The translations under genes were made by a program, and so were the position numbers. A DNA stretch of 64,000 nucleotides. Source: Scyliorhinus canicula. Taxonomy: Eukaryota. Below the pieces are notes generated by a model. The model was not told where the DNA came from. It was given only the letters and a program-made list of their open reading frames with translations, and made no database searches. The stretch covers positions 90,589,206 to 90,653,205 of the forward strand of contig NC_052150.1 of assembly GCF_902713615.1 (NCBI RefSeq), read 5' to 3'. Positions 60,628-64,000 of this stretch are shown piece after piece; the first letter of the stretch is position 1, and every line of letters starts with the position of its first letter.

Positions 60628-61719
60628 GTTGTGATATGCAGTTATTTCTCCTGGAATAAAGATCTATAAATCTTCCTGAAGTACCGTTTTTAATTTGCAA
60701 AGTTGCAGGATACATATGAATGAATTGTTCCTTCCTGCCGGCATAGCGACTGCCTTATAATTTCGGAGAGAATCCAGCCAATGCTGAAGAGTTTTCTGTT
60801 TGCATTTCACAGTCCAAGCTTTCCTGATTTATGTCATCCATTTACGCCTGTAGTGTTTTAATAGAAAGCACGTTTTGTTCAGGTACATTTGCTACACAGA
60901 TGTGCAGTTATTCCCACTTATCTCAGATCTAAACGCTGTTCTGGTCAAAGAATTAACTCTTTCATGGTTTGATACATGACATTCACATGAAAAAGGCTGG
61001 TGCGAAAGAACATCCTCAACGTGAAGTGTAATTTTCCTTCTACTTCCTGGAGACCCAGACCAATCGTGGAGTGTTGAAATGAAATGAAATTAAATGAAAT
61101 GAAAATCGCTTATTGTCACGAGTAGGCTTCAATGAAGTTACTGTGAAAAGCCCACTATGTTGGTTGTTTCGTACATAGTGGTTCCTCCCATCTACTCCCT
61201 GGAGTGGTTTCTACTTTTGTCTGCTATTAATTATAATCTAATGGGTCTGTATCGGCTTGAGTCATATGTATCACTCTTTAGAAAGAGCGCCTACGTGCAA
61301 TCCTGCTGAATCTCTCTCCTCAGTACTACAGGCCGTGTCCCACAAATTGTTTATCTTGCTTTCTACCCGAGATAGGTGAGAGATATATCTAGTCAAAGGA
61401 ATTTGTTAATCTTTAGTCCCTTTAGCCGATGGCATCAACATTTTCCTCGGGTATCCTTTGTCCTCCATGACCTCGGAAGTAAATTTGCATTTCCATCCTT
61501 AATGAATGTAAAGGTTTTTCTAATCTATTTTTCTAATCTATTTTATCCACCTCATTTCAAAGACTGTCTGTAGCATGACTCAAAGGTCTCTCCAAAATAT
61601 CAAAATACCAAAATGTCAATATCAACTCAACTCTCAAAACACATGGTGACTTGGATTTTTCAGTGGATCACATCGCAAACAGGGCTAGACTTATTTCCAC
61701 TATGGAGGTGGCCATGTTA

Positions 61720-61965
61720 ATAATAATCTTTACTATTGTCACAAGTAGGCTTACATTAACACTGCAATGAAGTTACTGTGAAAATGCCCTAATCATCACA
61801 TTCCGCCGCCTGTTCGGGTACGCTGAGCGAGAATTCAGAATGTCCAATTCACCTAACAAGCATGTCTTTCAGGACTTGTGGGAGAAAACTGGAGCACATG
61901 GAGGAAACTCACGAAGACACGGGAAGAAGGTCACAGACAGTGACCCAACCCAGGAATCGAACCCA
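61720..61965 (-). mobile_element. SINE with HE1-like head and second tail type
   Basis: B box rc of GGAATCGAACCC; tail as at 14460. Confidence 0.7.
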
Positions 61966-62645
61966 ATTAAGTTTGTGTCACTTCAGAGCAGAGTTAGGGA
62001 AAGGGATTTGATGTTTAGACCTTGAAACCATTACAGCAATAGAAAAAGGCAATGATCGAGCTGCATGCACAGAATGGAATTTTTGAGTGAAATATTTTGT
62101 TACTGGGTGTATGGGTTTCCCATAGTAGGGTATGAGACTGTTTGCATAAGCCATTTGATAAATAGTCTTAAAATGCTCCCCCCACTAACCATTGAACATT
62201 GGGGCCTAACAGGCAACCTCTGTGTCCTGTGCTCAGTCAGTGATAGAAAATATGGCAGAGGTTGTATCACCGTTTAAATTTAATTTTTATTTCAAAACCC
62301 ACCAGGGCAATTTCAGAATTTGAGTTTCACTTAAAACATCTAGAAATTAAAAATGAAGATGATGCTTGAAGAATGTTGGATAAACATAGTTGGTTCATTA
62401 ATGTCCCCTTTGAGTAAGGAAACTTGTTGTGTTTACATTGTTTGTCGATATGGGAATCTAGTCCTACGCCAAAGTGGTTGACTCTCAACTGCCTTCTGGA
62501 ATGCCTGGAAAGCTGCACAGTCGCATCAGATTACTGTCAATGGTTCATGAAGAAGGCCAACCACCATCTTCTCAGAACAAATAAATGCTGGCCTTGTCAG
62601 TGATGCTCACACTTCCAAGAATGACTTAAAGCATATTCTTGCTTG

Positions 62646-62983
62646 GAACATAGAACATAGAACATACAGTGCAGAAGGAGGCCATTCGGCCCATTGAGTC
62701 TGCACCGACCCACTTAAGCCCTTACTTCCACCCTATCCCTGTAACCCAATAACCCCCCCCCCCCGAATGTTTTTGGTCACTAAGGGCAATTTATCATGGC
62801 CAATCCACCTAACCTGCACGTTTTTGGACTGTGGAAGGAAACCGGAGCACCCGGAGGAAACCCACTCAGACACAGGAAGAATGTACAGACTCCGCACAGA
62901 CAGTGACTCAGCGGGGAAATCGAACCTGGGACCCTGGCGCTGTGAAAGCCACAGTGCTATCCACTTGTGCTACCGTGCTGCCC
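62646..62983 (-). mobile_element. HE1-type SINE, full length
   Basis: rc tail (TTCTATG)n and head GGGCAGCACGGTAGCACAAGTGG. Confidence 0.92.
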
Positions 62984-63457
62984 TTGTGTAAGGATAGGTA
63001 CATTTTGGGCATTTCACTTGGAAAGAGGAGTGGAGGCAAAGGCAGGACAAAAGATCATTTGTCTGCTTCCACCACATATCTTCTGAAACGTAGACTGAGG
63101 TGGAGTGAGAAGCCGAAAACTCAGTACTTTGAATGTTAATCCCATCTCTGATCACTAGATGGCCCTATTCAACTTTATACATATAGGTGAATTCTTCAGG
63201 TAAATAATCATTCAGTAATTTTTATATATTTTTTATCTTAAAATTCCAAAGGAAAATATTATTAAAGTAACTTAAGTTCCATTATTTCAAAAAACAATGT
63301 AAAAAATTATGTTTCATATTCTTTGTTGTATATTGTTTTGGCAGCCTTCCACCTCATGGGACAATGATTTGCGCCATGGTGGACAATTTTGTGTTAAGCA
63401 TTGTCTGGTGTATTTCAGTAGCCCACCAGTCATGGAAATTTCTGCTGCGTTTTCTGC

Positions 63458-63646
63458 AAGATAAGATAAGATAAGATAAATCGCTTATTGTCACGAGTAG
63501 ACTTCAATGAAGTTACTGTGAAAAGCCCCTAGTCGCCACATTCCGGCGCCTGTCCGGGGAGGCTGGTACGGGAATCGAACCGTGCTGCTGGCCTGCTTGG
63601 TCTGCTTTATAAGCCAGCGATTTAGCCTTGTGAGCTAAACCAGCCC
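63458..63646 (-). mobile_element. tRNA SINE, second tail type, (CTTAT)n end
   Basis: Head GGGCTGGTTTAGCTCA..GGTTCGATTCC; body matches 3508-3690. Confidence 0.85.
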
Positions 63647-63699
63647 ACGATAGTGGGCTGAGAAGGTGGGCTGAGAAGGTGAAGTATCTCCTGGCTTTC

Positions 63700-63960
63700 G
63701 GCTCATCCTAGCCAGCTGAGCTTTCAGTTTCTGCTTGCCTTTTCCAATGCCTTCTGAAATCAAAGCCATCAGCGACTGTCTCACAGTTCTTAGTGTCAAT
63801 GTCCACCATCTTCATTTCTCGCTTGCACGTGTCCTTGTAGCCGAGGTATGAACACTCTGGATGCCGTGATCCAGTGGGATGTTCATTGTACAAAAGGTCT
63901 TTGGATATATGGCTGTCATCCATCTGCTGAATGTGTCTGTGGCTTACCAATGAGTGTATA
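63700..63960 (-). mobile_element. RTE-clade LINE C-terminal relic
   Basis: HISKDLLYNEHPTGSR..YKDTCKREMK..DIDT. Confidence 0.7.
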
Positions 63961-64000
63961 TGATGGATTTAGCACTATCCAACACCAATTAGTGACCTTG

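Overview
Eukaryotic, repeat-dominated genomic DNA, most likely from a shark or other elasmobranch (inferred from HE1-type tRNA SINEs and CR1/HER1-type LINEs with (TTCTATG)n tails). No intact host gene can be named. Two in-phase candidate coding exons on the minus strand (21622-21840, 15644-15826) and one candidate 5' exon on the plus strand (donor after 46810) are low confidence. Most of the window is nested transposable elements. (i) A near full-length L1 (24197-40927, minus, 11-bp TSD) contains a two-LTR Gmr1-type Gypsy element (25756-36138, TSD CATT, PR-IN-RT-RH order, SCAN-like gag), which itself carries a young CR1, a Penelope-like insertion, a MITE and a SINE. (ii) A deleted Copia element with a tRNA-iMet PBS (8829-13236). 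(iii) A Harbinger/PIF system: a decayed autonomous copy (50734-54119), a Myb-only derivative (17945-20593), a transposase relic and about 11 GC-rich MITEs, whose 3-bp TSDs sit in a shared AY-NNN-RT target context. (iv) Four Penelope-derived loci with minimal hammerhead ribozyme motifs, including an intact copy with a compensatory U3-A8 core (26373-26410, minus). Also seen: a short A-tailed SINE variant with L1-type TSDs and an old ~95-bp-arm inverted repeat in unique AT-rich DNA (59621-60341). All calls were read by eye with no database search; boundaries of old relics are approximate.
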